NCBI GenBank assembly: GCA_030583865.1
Contig: CP129479.1
Coordinates: forward strand, 1,476,744-1,540,743
DNA from: Thermodesulfobacteriota bacterium
GTDB taxonomy: Bacteria; Desulfobacterota; GWC2-55-46
Length of the DNA stretch: 64,000 nt
Reading direction: 5' to 3'
Shown here: positions 11,714 to 21,596 of the stretch, piece by piece
Layout of the letters: the number at the start of each line of letters is the position of its first letter
Numbering within the stretch: position 1 is the stretch's first letter
Position numbers and translations under genes: made by a program
Notes under the pieces: generated by a model
The model's input: only the letters and a program-made list of their open reading frames with translations
Told to the model about the DNA's origin: nothing
The model's database searches: none

Positions 11714-12436
11714 TTAGCGACCGCTTTTAAGCTCTGCTTCGGATTTCCGGAGGTATATCGGGACGAGCTCCGCCGGAGAGACGGCCTCCGCCGCGTGCTC
11801 GAAAGCCAGGAGCCCTACGTTAGAAGCCCTTATGTGCCAAAGGTGGGGCAAGGCCGCGTACGCGTCCCTGAGCGCCTCGACGAGCATTTCCATGTAAACG
11901 GAAAGGCCGCTCCCCAGGAATACGACTTCCCCCTCAAGCCCCCTCCCCCTTATTTCCCCTATGAGGGCCTCGGGCCGCATCGCCGAATCGGGCATGACCG
12001 CCCTGGGGCGGCCTGACATGGTATCGTAAAGGGCGGTGTATACCTCGCCCTTTCTGGCGTCGAGCACCGGGCAGACCATCCTTGCGGAATAAGGGATGTT
12101 CATGGCGAGCGAGGCGAGGGTCGAAACACCGGCTATCTTTTTCCCCTGCGGCCACGCGAGCCCCTTTAGGGCCGATATGCCGATGCGGAGGCCAGTGAAT
12201 GAGCCCGGGCCGACATCAATGGCGAAGAGGTCTACTTCGTCGAGCCCGCACCCGGCGCTCTCAAGGTGCGCTTCAAGGGACTTAAGGAGCCAGCTGGAAT
12301 GGGTCCCCGCGTCCCCGACGGTCCATTCGGAGATGAGCTTTCTATCTTCGAGGAGGGCTATCGAGCCTGACCGGGACGAGGTATCGATTGAAAGTATCTT
12401 CAGGCAACCTCTAAAAATTAGATAATTTTCCCGCAA
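11714..12436 (-). CDS. tsaB: tRNA threonylcarbamoyladenosine biosynthesis protein TsaB (YeaZ)
   Basis: KILSIDTSSRSGSIALL and VGPGSFTGLRIGIS motifs. The annotated ATG start (12434-12436) lies inside the MITE copy at 12403-12545, so the true start is uncertain. Confidence 0.7.
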   Translation of the reverse strand: MRENYLIFRGCLKILSIDTSSRSGSIALLEDRKLISEWTVGDAGTHSSWLLKSLEAHLESAGCGLDEVDLFAIDVGPGSFTGLRIGISALKGLAWPQGKKIAGVSTLASLAMNIPYSARMVCPVLDARKGEVYTALYDTMSGRPRAVMPDSAMRPEALIGEIRGRGLEGEVVFLGSGLSVYMEMLVEALRDAYAALPHLWHIRASNVGLLAFEHAAEAVSPAELVPIYLRKSEAELKSGR

Positions 12437-12545
12437 TCAAGAAAGGGCGGAAATAAAAAGCGGAGCATATATGTGAATATGTGAGCATTTTTATTCACGT
12501 AACCTACGCAGAGTCCGGGGAAAAGGTCAATTTTCAGAGGTTGCC
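12403..12545 (+). mobile_element. MITE family B copy 2
   Basis: Same termini (1 mismatch); internal segment aaaaagcggagcatatatgtgaatatgtgagcatttttattcacg identical to copy 1; flanked by TTCA/TTCA. Confidence 0.85.
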
Positions 12546-12553
12546 TTCAATGC

Positions 12554-13855
12554 CTATCCGAATATTCGGAAAAGGTCGTTATAGGTCACAAGGAGCATGA
12601 GCATGATGAGGAGCGCTATGCCAACCTGCTGGGCCGCGGTCATGAACTTTTCGCTCAAGGGCTTGCCTTTTACGGCCTCCATTCCGAAAAATACGAGGTG
12701 GCCGCCGTCAAGGACCGGTATGGGGAAAAGGTTTATTATGCCGAGCTGGAGGCTCAGGAAGGCCATGAGCGACAGGAGTTCGGCTATGCCCGACTCGGCG
12801 GCCTGGCCGGCCACCTGCGCTATCATTATGGGCCCGCCGAGCGTCTTAAGCGAGTAGTCGCCGACAATGAGCCCCTTTACGACCACGAAGAGCTTGTAGG
12901 TCATGTCGACCCCCGAGGCAATACCCCTCTGGATTGACTCGATAAAGCCGTATTGCCTCGTGACCTGCTCCTCCTGCCTGGAGATGCCGATTAGCCAGGC
13001 CTTGGCATCTTCGTTGTAGACAGGGGTTATCTCGAAGGAAAGCTCTTCGCCTCCCCTCGCCACTTTTATGACCTTCTTGTCGCCGCTTTTGTGTATCGCG
13101 CTTTCAAGCTCGGCCCAATGGTTTATGGGCGTGCCGTTTATGGAGAGTATCCTGTCGCCAGGCGTAAGCCCGGCGTCCTTTGCGGGGAATCCCGGGGCGA
13201 CCCCGCCGATTACCGGGTCCATCGGCGGGAACATCCCGCCGTAGCCAGCGCCGGTCGCCTCTGAGACGGCCGGCACAAGCGTCGTCTCATGGCGGGAGCC
13301 GTCCCTTATGAAGCCGACCTTGAGCTCCTTCCCGGGGCTCATGGCGAGGCCCATGAGGAGCTCCTCCCAGTTCCCGGTCTCGCTGCCCGAGACAGAGACG
13401 ATGGTATCTCCCCTTTTTATGCCGGCCCTGTCAGCAGGCTCATTGGGAGCCACGTACCCCACCTCGGCGGGCCTTTCGAGATAGACCGGGACCTGTATGC
13501 CTATCATGAATATAAGCGGCATGAGGACGGCTGCGAGGACCAGGTTCATGGCAGGCCCGGCGGCCACGATGGACGCCCTTTTCCAGAGGGGCTTGTGGGT
13601 GAACGACCTCATCCGGAGCTCTTCGGTTATCTCCTCGCCGGGCGCTTCCCCGACCATCTTTACATAGCCGCCGAGGGGCAGAAGCGAAATCCTGTACTCG
13701 GTCTCTCCCCTCTGGATGCCGACAAGCTTCGGGCCGAAACCCAGGGAAAACTTCTCGACCCCCACTCCGCTGGCTTTAGCGGCGAGGAAATGCCCGAGCT
13801 CGTGGATGAATATCAGTATGCCGAGGACGATTATGAAGGATATTATCGTTGTCAT
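12554..13855 (-). CDS. rseP: RIP metalloprotease RseP (site-2 protease)
   Basis: 433 aa; HELGHF zinc motif; PDZ domains; multi-TM. Confidence 0.88.
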   Translation of the reverse strand: MTTIISFIIVLGILIFIHELGHFLAAKASGVGVEKFSLGFGPKLVGIQRGETEYRISLLPLGGYVKMVGEAPGEEITEELRMRSFTHKPLWKRASIVAAGPAMNLVLAAVLMPLIFMIGIQVPVYLERPAEVGYVAPNEPADRAGIKRGDTIVSVSGSETGNWEELLMGLAMSPGKELKVGFIRDGSRHETTLVPAVSEATGAGYGGMFPPMDPVIGGVAPGFPAKDAGLTPGDRILSINGTPINHWAELESAIHKSGDKKVIKVARGGEELSFEITPVYNEDAKAWLIGISRQEEQVTRQYGFIESIQRGIASGVDMTYKLFVVVKGLIVGDYSLKTLGGPIMIAQVAGQAAESGIAELLSLMAFLSLQLGIINLFPIPVLDGGHLVFFGMEAVKGKPLSEKFMTAAQQVGIALLIMLMLLVTYNDLFRIFG

Positions 13856-13896
13856 TTCCTATCTCAATTCAAGCGTGATTTTGGCGTAAATTTCTG

Positions 13897-13998
13897 GCAG
13901 CCCCTAAAAATCAGAGATCTTCACCCGAATCAAGGAAGGTCGGGGTTATTCCCGGCCTGACGCAGAGTCGGGGAAAAGATCAATTCTTAGAAGTTGCA
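13897..13998. mobile_element. MITE family B copy 3 (shorter, degenerate)
   Basis: ggcagcccctaaaaatcag ... caattcttagaagttgc; shares gcctgacgcagagtcgggg core with copy 1. Confidence 0.55.
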
Positions 13999-14033
13999 TT
14001 TATTATACAATAAATTGCCGGCCAGTGTCGCGC

Positions 14034-15188
14034 TCATGCGGAAGCGGCAGCCGACCTGGCGAGCACCCTCGCCTCCCGGTCGGCCTCCAGGACGTCCTCG
14101 ATCGACTCCGGCTCCTTCGATCGGTGCGCCCCGAGCACCTCGCAGATGATCCGTGATATGCCGGTAAAGGGGATCCTGCCCTCGAGGAAAAGCCCTACCG
14201 CGACCTCGTCAGCCGCGTTTAGCGCGGCAGGTGCGGTGCCGCCGGTCCTGAGCGCCTCGTAAGCGAGCCCCAGGCACGGGAACCTCTCCGGCTCCGGCGC
14301 GCTGAACTCGAGGGAAAGGCGGCTGAAATCCAGCGGCTCGGTCCCTGAAGCTATCCTTTCAGGGTACGCAAGGGCGTACGAGATGGGCGAGCGCATGTCC
14401 GGGGCGCTCATCTGGGACATTACCGAGCCGTCGATATACTCGACCATCGAGTGTACTATCGACTGGGGGTGTATTACAACCGATATCTTCTCAGGCGGCA
14501 GGCCGAACAGCCACCTGGCCTCGATGACCTCGAACCCCTTGTTCACGAGCGTGGAGGAGTCTATAGTGACCTTCCTGCCCATCTTCCATTTCGGGTGCTT
14601 CAATGCCTCTTCAGGCCCCATCCTTTCGAGCTCGGGAAGCGGGGTCTTGAGGAACGGCCCGCCGGAGGCCGTGAGAATTATCCTCTTTATGTCCTCTTTC
14701 CTGTGCCCAAGGAGCGACTGGAAGACCGCCGAATGCTCGCTGTCTACGGGCAGTATATTGACGCCCCGCTTCGCGGCCTCTTCCATTACGAGCCTGCCGG
14801 CAAGCACGAGCGATTCCTTGTTGGCGAGCGCTATGTCCTTACCGGCCCTTACGGCGGCGATCGTCGGGAGGAGCCCGGATGCTCCCGATATGGCGGCTAC
14901 CGTCATGTCCACGCCCTCGAAGGCGGCGGCCCTCATGGCGGCGGCGAGTCCGGCCTCAACAGCGACCGGAACTGAAAGCGAGTTCCTCAAGGCCACTGCC
15001 GCATCCTCGCTCTCTACCGAGACGAAAACGGGCCTGAACTCTTCAATCTGCTCCTTGAGGAGCGCGATATTCCGGCCCGCGGCCATTGAGACCACCCTGA
15101 ACCTCTCCGGGTGCGAGCGCACCACCTGGAGGGTGTTCGTCCCTATGGACCCGGTAGAGCCGAGTATGGAAATCCCCTTTCGTTTCAT
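14034..15188 (-). CDS. dxr: 1-deoxy-D-xylulose 5-phosphate reductoisomerase
   Basis: 384 aa; ILGSTGSIGTNTL NADPH motif. Confidence 0.92.
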   Translation of the reverse strand: MKRKGISILGSTGSIGTNTLQVVRSHPERFRVVSMAAGRNIALLKEQIEEFRPVFVSVESEDAAVALRNSLSVPVAVEAGLAAAMRAAAFEGVDMTVAAISGASGLLPTIAAVRAGKDIALANKESLVLAGRLVMEEAAKRGVNILPVDSEHSAVFQSLLGHRKEDIKRIILTASGGPFLKTPLPELERMGPEEALKHPKWKMGRKVTIDSSTLVNKGFEVIEARWLFGLPPEKISVVIHPQSIVHSMVEYIDGSVMSQMSAPDMRSPISYALAYPERIASGTEPLDFSRLSLEFSAPEPERFPCLGLAYEALRTGGTAPAALNAADEVAVGLFLEGRIPFTGISRIICEVLGAHRSKEPESIEDVLEADREARVLARSAAASA

Positions 15189-16000
15189 GTGTGCATGGCC
15201 CTGATGGTCAGGTAAAAATAAACGAACGGGATATTGAAAATCAGGCTGTCTATCCTGTCGAGCATCCCCCCGTGGCCTGGTATGATAGCGCCCGAGTCCT
15301 TAACCCCGGCGCTCCTCTTCAGGACCGACTCGGCGAGGTCGCCCGCTATGGCTATAAGGCCTATGCCTGCCGATAGCGCGAATATATCCAGGTAATCCGG
15401 CCCAAGCCCGGCCAGACGGGCGAAGACGAAACCCGTAATGACGCCACCGGCAATGCCCCCTATCGCGCCCTCAACGGTCTTTTTCGGGCTTATCTCCGGA
15501 GAGAGCTTGTGCCTGCCGAGCGTCTTCCCGACGGACAGGGCAAAGGTGTCGTTCGCCCAGACCACCACGAGGAGGAAAAGGAGCCACCACTCGCCCTGGT
15601 GAAGCTCCCTGAGCGGGGTGATAAAAGAAATGGGCAGGGCTATGTACAAGAGGCCGAGCGCCTTGTGCGCCGTATCCAGGGAGGAATCGCCGAGAGGGCG
15701 GCCGGATACCATCGAATGGAAAAAGAAGAGGAATACGAGGGTGATGAGGGCCGGGGCCAGGAAGACCGGCCCGAGAAAATAGACGGCAAGTACGATTATT
15801 ACGCCGGATGCGACGCCGAGCCGGTCGAAGACCCTGTCTTTAGCGTCCACCCGGGCGAGCGCGTTGAACTCGGAAAAGGCAAGCGCGGCGATTACGGCAG
15901 AGACCGCGAGTATCCAGTAAGGGCCGGCGTAAAGGACTATCGCGACGATAATCGGGATAAGTACGGCCCCGGTTGCTACCCTTTTCAGACTCCCCTCCAA
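15185..16000 (-). CDS. cdsA: phosphatidate cytidylyltransferase
   Basis: 271 aa multi-TM; C-terminal CTP_transf_1 signature SVLKRSAGVKDSGAIIPGHGGMLDRIDS. Confidence 0.85.
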   Translation of the reverse strand: MEGSLKRVATGAVLIPIIVAIVLYAGPYWILAVSAVIAALAFSEFNALARVDAKDRVFDRLGVASGVIIVLAVYFLGPVFLAPALITLVFLFFFHSMVSGRPLGDSSLDTAHKALGLLYIALPISFITPLRELHQGEWWLLFLLVVVWANDTFALSVGKTLGRHKLSPEISPKKTVEGAIGGIAGGVITGFVFARLAGLGPDYLDIFALSAGIGLIAIAGDLAESVLKRSAGVKDSGAIIPGHGGMLDRIDSLIFNIPFVYFYLTIRAMHT

Positions 16001-16018
16001 TCGGAAATGCGCGCCCGG

Positions 16019-16768
16019 CTACCTTCTGGCGGCCGCGCCCACTTCCTTTTCCTTCACCAGGCCGAACCTGCGCTCCCGCTTCCGGTAATCCCCTATGGCG
16101 GCCTCCAGGTGCTCTTTCGTGAAATCGGGCCAGAGCACGTCTGATATGTATATCTCGGTGTAAGCGAGCTGCCAGAGGAGGAAGTTGGATATCCTCATCT
16201 CGCCGCTGGTCCTTATTAGGAGGTCAGGGTCGGGGATGCCGGCGGTGTAGAGGTTCGACTGGACCGTCTCGTCCGTCACGTCGGACGGCATGAGGCTTCC
16301 CTCGTAGACCTGCATGGCGATTTTCCTTGCGGCCCGGGTTATCTCCTCGCGTCCGCTGTAGCTCAAGGCGAGCTGGAGCCCCATGCCCGTATTGCCCCTA
16401 GTATTCTCCTCAAGGTCGGATATAACGGCCCTAACCCCGGCCGGGAGGTCCTCGACGCAGCCGATGGCCCTGAAACGGATGTTGTTCTCAATGAGGCTTT
16501 TCTTCTCGCCCTTCAAGTGGGTCTCGAGGAACTTCATGAGCATTTGGACCTCGCGGGCTGGCCTGTTCCAGTTCTCCTTCGAAAAGGTGTACAGGGTCAG
16601 GTAACGGACGCCCATCTCCCGGCAGTGGCGGACGGTCTCCCTCGCCGCCTCCACGCCCTTACGGTGGCCGTTTATCCTGTTGAGGAGCCTCTTACGCGCC
16701 CACCTTCCGTTGCCGTCCATTATGACGGCTATGTGCCTGGGGAGATTGTCCCTGGGAATTTCGCTCAT
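16019..16768 (-). CDS. uppS: isoprenyl transferase (undecaprenyl diphosphate synthase)
   Basis: 249 aa; HIAVIMDGNGRWA and YTFSKENWNRP motifs. Confidence 0.92.
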   Translation of the reverse strand: MSEIPRDNLPRHIAVIMDGNGRWARKRLLNRINGHRKGVEAARETVRHCREMGVRYLTLYTFSKENWNRPAREVQMLMKFLETHLKGEKKSLIENNIRFRAIGCVEDLPAGVRAVISDLEENTRGNTGMGLQLALSYSGREEITRAARKIAMQVYEGSLMPSDVTDETVQSNLYTAGIPDPDLLIRTSGEMRISNFLLWQLAYTEIYISDVLWPDFTKEHLEAAIGDYRKRERRFGLVKEKEVGAAARR

Positions 16769-16824
16769 AGGGAAATGCGAAGCCTTCTTTTCATGTGGGG
16801 TCGAAGAGGCCTGAGGGAGGGCGG

Positions 16825-17382
16825 CTATACCTCCATTATCTCGGCCTCTTTCTGGACGACCATCTCGTCTATCCTGTGTATCTGCCTGTCGGTCACGTCC
16901 TGCACTTCCTTCTGGAACTTCTTAAGGTCGTCTTCCGAGATGGCCTTGTCCTTTTCCAGCTTCTTGAGGCCCTCGTTGGCGTCCCTCCTTACGTTCCGCA
17001 CGGCTATCTTGCATTCCTCGGCGTACTTTTTGGCGAGCTTTACGAGGTCCTTCCTCCTCTCCTCCGTAAGCGGCGGGATGTTTATCCTTATGAGCTTGCC
17101 GTCGCTCGAGGGCGTAAGCCCGAGGTCCGAGGTCATTATGGCCTTCTCGATGGCGTGGAGCTGCGAGATGTCCCAGGGCTGTATGGTGATGGTCCTGCTC
17201 TCGGGGACCGAGAGGGTCGCTATCTGCTTGATGGGCGTGGGCGTGCCGTAATAATCGACCTTCACGTGGTCGAGTATCGCAAGCGATGCCCGGCCGGTGC
17301 GAAGCCCGCCGAGCTCGTGCGTGAGCGCCTCGAGGGCCTTTTCGGTCCGTTTCTTCAAATCGGAAAATATCTCTTCCTTCAT
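16825..17382 (-). CDS. frr: ribosome recycling factor
   Basis: 185 aa; RRF family. Confidence 0.92.
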   Translation of the reverse strand: MKEEIFSDLKKRTEKALEALTHELGGLRTGRASLAILDHVKVDYYGTPTPIKQIATLSVPESRTITIQPWDISQLHAIEKAIMTSDLGLTPSSDGKLIRINIPPLTEERRKDLVKLAKKYAEECKIAVRNVRRDANEGLKKLEKDKAISEDDLKKFQKEVQDVTDRQIHRIDEMVVQKEAEIMEV

Positions 17383-17453
17383 CTCCTGCTCCGTTAAATC
17401 GGGATTAGCTTCTTTATTCCGCGCGAGCAGCGCTCAGAGGCTCCGGGCCTCTT

Positions 17454-18176
17454 TCAGGAAACGAGCGTGCCGATACGCTCGCCCTTTACTATCCTGACGA
17501 GGTTCCCGTGCTCCTTTATGCTGAATACGATTATAGGCAGGCTATTGTCCATGCAGAGGGAAATGGCCGTCGAGTCCATGACTTTCAAGCCGTCCTTGAG
17601 GACGTCTATGAACTTGAGGCTCTCGTACTTGACCGCGTCCTTCTCCTTCATCGGGTCCCTGTCGTAGACGCCGTCGACCTTGGTGCCCTTGAGGATCACG
17701 TCGGCGTGTATCTCCATTGCCCGGAGCGACGCGGCGGTGTCGGTAGTGAAGTACGGGTTTCCGGTGCCGGCAGCGAAGATTATGACCCTGCCTTTCTCGA
17801 GGTGGCGCACAGCGCGCCTCCGAATGTAGGGCTCGGCAAGCTCCTTCATCTCGATCGCCGATATGACCCGCGTAAAGACGCCGTTCTTCTCGAGCGCGTC
17901 CTGGAGCATGAGGGAGTTTATGACTGTCGCGAGCATGCCGACGTAGTCGGCGGTAGCCCTGTCCATGCCCTTGGCGCTCGCGGACACCCCCCTGAAGATA
18001 TTTCCGCCCCCGATGACCACGGCCACCTGGACCCCGAGGTTATGCACGTCCTTTATCTCCTGGGCTATGGAGTTTATGACGGACGTGTCGACCCCGAACT
18101 CCTTGCTTCCCATCAGGGCCTCGCCCGAGAGCTTCAGGAGTATCCTGTTATATTTGTATTCTGGCATGTCGCGCAC
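17454..18176 (-). CDS. pyrH: UMP kinase
   Basis: 240 aa; [10 protein letters not shown] and [10 protein letters not shown] motifs. Confidence 0.92.
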   Translation of the reverse strand: MRDMPEYKYNRILLKLSGEALMGSKEFGVDTSVINSIAQEIKDVHNLGVQVAVVIGGGNIFRGVSASAKGMDRATADYVGMLATVINSLMLQDALEKNGVFTRVISAIEMKELAEPYIRRRAVRHLEKGRVIIFAAGTGNPYFTTDTAASLRAMEIHADVILKGTKVDGVYDRDPMKEKDAVKYESLKFIDVLKDGLKVMDSTAISLCMDNSLPIIVFSIKEHGNLVRIVKGERIGTLVS

Positions 18177-18207
18177 GGAAAGGCCGTCCGGCCTAAAGGT
18201 GAGATAT

Positions 18208-18242
18208 GCAAAAAGGAGCGGGGGGCCTGGCCCTCCCGCTCC
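18208..18242 (-). terminator. intrinsic terminator/attenuator between tsf and pyrH
   Basis: Minus strand GC-rich hairpin ggagcgggagggccaggccccccgctcc followed by TTTTT. Confidence 0.55.
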
Positions 18243-18248
18243 CGGTTT

Positions 18249-18896
18249 TTACTTCTGCGCGGCCGCCACCTCGGCGGCGAAGTCGGACTGCTTCTTCTCG
18301 AGCCCCTCGCCTACCTTGAACCTGGCAAACCTTCTTATCGATATGTTCTCGCCGAGCTTCGCGATGTTCTCTATCACGACCTGCTCGATTGTCTTTTCCG
18401 GCTCTTTCACGAACGGCTGCTCAAGGAGGCAGACTTCCTTCAGGAACTTCTCGACCTTCCCGTCCACCATCTTGGCCACAACGTGTTCGGGCTTCCCTGA
18501 CTCCTTTGCCTGGGCCTCGTATATACGCCTCTCGCTCTCTATCACCTCGGCCGGGACTTCCTTCCTGCTTACGTAGGACGGGCTCATCGCCGCTATGTGG
18601 AGCGCTATCTCGCGGACCAAGGCGCTGAAGCCGTCAGTCTTGGCCACGAAATCGGTCTCGCAGTTCACTTCAAGGAGGACGCCCACCTTGCCCCCGCCGT
18701 GGATATAGCTACCTATTATGCCTTCGGTCGCGGCCCTGGCCGCTTTCTTCTCAGCCGCCGCAAGGCCCTTCTTGCGGAGAAACTCTACCGCAGCCGCCAC
18801 GTCGCCCTTGGTCTCGGCAAGGGCCTTCTTGCAGTCCATGAAGCCGGCCCCGGTCTTCTCCCTGAGTTCCTTTACTGCTCCCGCGGAAATCTCCAT
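18249..18896 (-). CDS. tsf: elongation factor Ts (short form)
   Basis: 215 aa; [22 protein letters not shown]-like N-terminus. Confidence 0.9.
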   Translation of the reverse strand: MEISAGAVKELREKTGAGFMDCKKALAETKGDVAAAVEFLRKKGLAAAEKKAARAATEGIIGSYIHGGGKVGVLLEVNCETDFVAKTDGFSALVREIALHIAAMSPSYVSRKEVPAEVIESERRIYEAQAKESGKPEHVVAKMVDGKVEKFLKEVCLLEQPFVKEPEKTIEQVVIENIAKLGENISIRRFARFKVGEGLEKKQSDFAAEVAAAQK

Positions 18897-18931
18897 TATC
18901 CGAAAAACCCCCTGGTATTATTATCTGCGGC

Positions 18932-19732
18932 TCAGCCCTGTGCCGTTCCCTCGGCGCCCGCTCCGGCCTGGGGGGCCGGGATTGGCGCCTCAGCACCCGC
19001 TTCAGCCTTCACGGCCTTCTTGTCGGCCTTGGCCTGGAGCGCTTCCTCGTATACGGCCTTGCCTTCGAGGCAGGCGTCGGCCATGGAGGCGGAGAAGAGC
19101 TTTATGGCCCTTATGGCGTCGTCATTTCCGGGTATCACGTAGTCGACCTCGTCCGGGTCGCAGTTCGTGTCCACGATGGCCACGACCTTGATGCCCAGCC
19201 TGTTTGCTTCCTTGATGGCTATGGACTCTTTCTTGGAGTCGATTATGAAAAGGACGTCAGGCACCTTGTCGAGGTTCTTAACGCCGCCCAGGTATTTCTC
19301 GAGCCTTTCCCTCTCCCTCCTGAGGAGCAGGAGCTCTTTTTTGGTCGCCGAGGCGAAATCCGGGTTTGTCTCGAGGGTATCGAGCTCCTTCAATCTGTTT
19401 ATGGACTTCTTGACGGTGGCGAAGTTGGTGAGGAACCCGCCTATCCACCTGTTGTTTATGTACCCCATCCCGGCCCTTGAAGCCTCTTCCAGTATCGCGT
19501 TCTGGGCCTGTTTCTTGGTGCCGACAAAGAGGACCCTGCCGCCCTTGGAGGCGGAGTTCCTGATGTAGTCGTATGCTTCCTTGAAGAGCTTGACGGTCTG
19601 CTGAAGGTCGATGATGTAGATGCCGTTCCTGGCCCCGTAGATGTAGGTTTTCATCTTCGGGTTCCACCTCTTGGTCTGGTGCCCGAAGTGGACGCCTGAT
19701 TCCAGAAGCTGTTTCATTGAAAGATAAGCCAT
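18932..19732 (-). CDS. rpsB: 30S ribosomal protein S2
   Basis: Starts [20 protein letters not shown] with GGAGGA Shine-Dalgarno. The longer ORF to 19867 is an Arg-rich upstream artefact. Confidence 0.92.
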   Translation of the reverse strand: MAYLSMKQLLESGVHFGHQTKRWNPKMKTYIYGARNGIYIIDLQQTVKLFKEAYDYIRNSASKGGRVLFVGTKKQAQNAILEEASRAGMGYINNRWIGGFLTNFATVKKSINRLKELDTLETNPDFASATKKELLLLRRERERLEKYLGGVKNLDKVPDVLFIIDSKKESIAIKEANRLGIKVVAIVDTNCDPDEVDYVIPGNDDAIRAIKLFSASMADACLEGKAVYEEALQAKADKKAVKAEAGAEAPIPAPQAGAGAEGTAQG

Positions 19733-19838
19733 TTGCGATTCTCCTCCCTTTCGGTTTTTTTCCTCCGCGGCGCATGGGACCGGAACCCTGGAAGGGCACC
19801 GCCGGTCCTGGATCTCCGCGTGCGTAGTTAATCGAAGA

Positions 19839-19867
19839 TATTTAGCACAATGATGCGGTTGTTGCAA
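19839..19867 (-). promoter_or_regulatory. sigma70-like promoter for rpsB-tsf (TTGCAA-17-TAAATA)
   Basis: Minus strand cTTGCAAcaaccgcatcattgtgcTAAATAtcttcg ~100 nt upstream of rpsB ATG. Confidence 0.5.
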
Positions 19868-19920
19868 GAAGAAAAAGGCTTTCGCATGCCTTGTGAGGGG
19901 CGGGAATATGCGAAAGCCGC
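19866..19920 (-). terminator. intrinsic terminator downstream of lipoprotein gene
   Basis: Minus strand 11-bp stem ggctttcgcat/atgcgaaagcc followed by TTTTTCTTCTT. Confidence 0.6.
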
Positions 19921-19981
19921 TGAGAATTATTGAACTTTATGAAAAAAGACGCAAGAGAAACGATTGACCAAGGACAGCCCG

Positions 19982-20629
19982 CTATTCGCCAGTCCGCCAG
20001 GCTATCTCGCCCCTGCCCATAACCCCGGTCACCACGAGCTTCAACGTGCCGTCTGCACCTGGCAGCTCCGTGCCTTCCTCGGAATATCTCGGGAATTGGA
20101 CACTATAAGCCCTGCTCCAGAGGTCGAAATACGGGAAGAACTCCCTTATGAAAGCCTCTGTGCCCTCGACCCTGGAAATGGAGATCGGCCTCGCGCGGTT
20201 ACCGCTCCCGTCCTCGAGATAGACCTGCCAGACCGAGTCCCTGCGGTCGAAGTCGTTAACGGCCGCGTCAGGCGTATAGGCCGTAAAGAAGACCTCGTTA
20301 TACTTCTCGGCCTGTTCAAGCTCCCGGGCAAGTAGCGCTTCCTCGCGCTCCGGGCCGAGCGCGTAGCTTTCGCCGTACTTCCTTATGTAGGCCCTTCTGA
20401 ACTCCTCGCTCTTGTAAGTGGCGTTCAGGTAAAGCCTTGATTCGAGCTTCTCGTGCAGCCTGACCCCGCCTGACCAGCGGTCCAGCACCTTATGGTAGGG
20501 CGGCTCAGGGGCCGGACCCTTTGCGCAGCCCTGAAAAAAAATCGCCGAGAGGGCCAGCAGGCAAAGGACCGCTGAAAACACCCTGCCTCCCCGCCTGGCT
20601 ATTCCCTGTTTGAGAACGCGCGTTAGCAT
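19982..20629 (-). CDS. hypothetical lipoprotein
   Basis: 215 aa; signal peptide with lipobox FFQGC; no recognised domain. Confidence 0.5.
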   Translation of the reverse strand: MLTRVLKQGIARRGGRVFSAVLCLLALSAIFFQGCAKGPAPEPPYHKVLDRWSGGVRLHEKLESRLYLNATYKSEEFRRAYIRKYGESYALGPEREEALLARELEQAEKYNEVFFTAYTPDAAVNDFDRRDSVWQVYLEDGSGNRARPISISRVEGTEAFIREFFPYFDLWSRAYSVQFPRYSEEGTELPGADGTLKLVVTGVMGRGEIAWRTGE

Positions 20630-20643
20630 ACCCGTGGGCCGTC

Positions 20644-21498
20644 CTATTCCGCAAGCCTGATGCCGAGGTTTATAAGCCTGCTGCTGTGCTCAAGTCCGTA
20701 CCTGTAGGTCGTACGGAGCTTATATGGCGCGTCGATATAGGAGCCTCCCCTGGCCACGCGCCAAATACCGTGCTCCGGTCCGTAGGGGTTCTGCCTGGGG
20801 CTAGCCTGGTAGAAATCGAAATCGAAGTAGTCTTCGGCCCACTCGGCCGCGTTCCCGGACATGCCGTAGAGCCCGAGCGAGTTGGGCTTACCGGACTTGA
20901 CGGGGCCAAGCTTATCGCTGTTGTCGCTGAAGAGGGCGTAGTCGCCAAGCTCCGCCTCGTTATTGGTCCCTGACCAGACCATCTTCTTTCCGCGTTCCCG
21001 GGCGGCATACTCCCACTCCGCCTCGGTCGGGAGGCGGTAATACCCTCCGACCAGGTCGTTGAGCTTCTTTAGGAAGTCCTGCACGACCGAAAAACTTACG
21101 TACACGACAGGAGCCTTGGGGTCGACGGCCATGAGCCTGTTATATTTCTGTATCGGCGAATACCCCATCACCAGCTCAAAGAGCTCCTGTGTCACTTCTG
21201 TATCGGCCAGGTAGTAATCGTCCAGGCAGACCTCGTGGACCGGCCTTTCGTCCTCATCGCCGTTCCCGACGAAGTCCCCCATTTCGAAGCAGCCGCCTTT
21301 TATGTACACCATCTCGATAAGCGGCTCCACGTCCTCCTTCGTGACGACCTTCTCAGCCGGTTTTTCAAGCTGCAGGTGGTCGTCGATCCCGAGGTCATCG
21401 TCCTTCATGTTCATTGGGGGGTCCTGGGCCAGAGCGCCGGAGCCTGCCATCATAAAAACGAGCGTGAGTGTAACGGCCAGGTTCTTGAATTTCTTCAT
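20644..21498 (-). CDS. formylglycine-generating enzyme (FGE-sulfatase/SUMF1-like) family protein, secreted
   Basis: 284 aa; signal peptide; YRLPTEAEWEYAAR and GNAAEW motifs of the FGE-sulfatase domain. Confidence 0.75.
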   Translation of the reverse strand: MKKFKNLAVTLTLVFMMAGSGALAQDPPMNMKDDDLGIDDHLQLEKPAEKVVTKEDVEPLIEMVYIKGGCFEMGDFVGNGDEDERPVHEVCLDDYYLADTEVTQELFELVMGYSPIQKYNRLMAVDPKAPVVYVSFSVVQDFLKKLNDLVGGYYRLPTEAEWEYAARERGKKMVWSGTNNEAELGDYALFSDNSDKLGPVKSGKPNSLGLYGMSGNAAEWAEDYFDFDFYQASPRQNPYGPEHGIWRVARGGSYIDAPYKLRTTYRYGLEHSSRLINLGIRLAE

Positions 21499-21596
21499 CT
21501 CTTTCCTGCCTCCTTCCTTTTCCGTCCTCTAACGAGGACGTCAGACCAAAAAGACGATTGAAGGACGCCCGTTAATTCGGACCGCCCCGGAGCCGT

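Noticed and set aside
18932-19867. N-terminal 45-codon extension of rpsB ORF
   Set aside because: The extension is Arg/Cys/Pro-rich. A strong GGAGGA RBS and the conserved S2 N-terminus [10 protein letters not shown] begin at 19732. A candidate promoter lies inside the extension.
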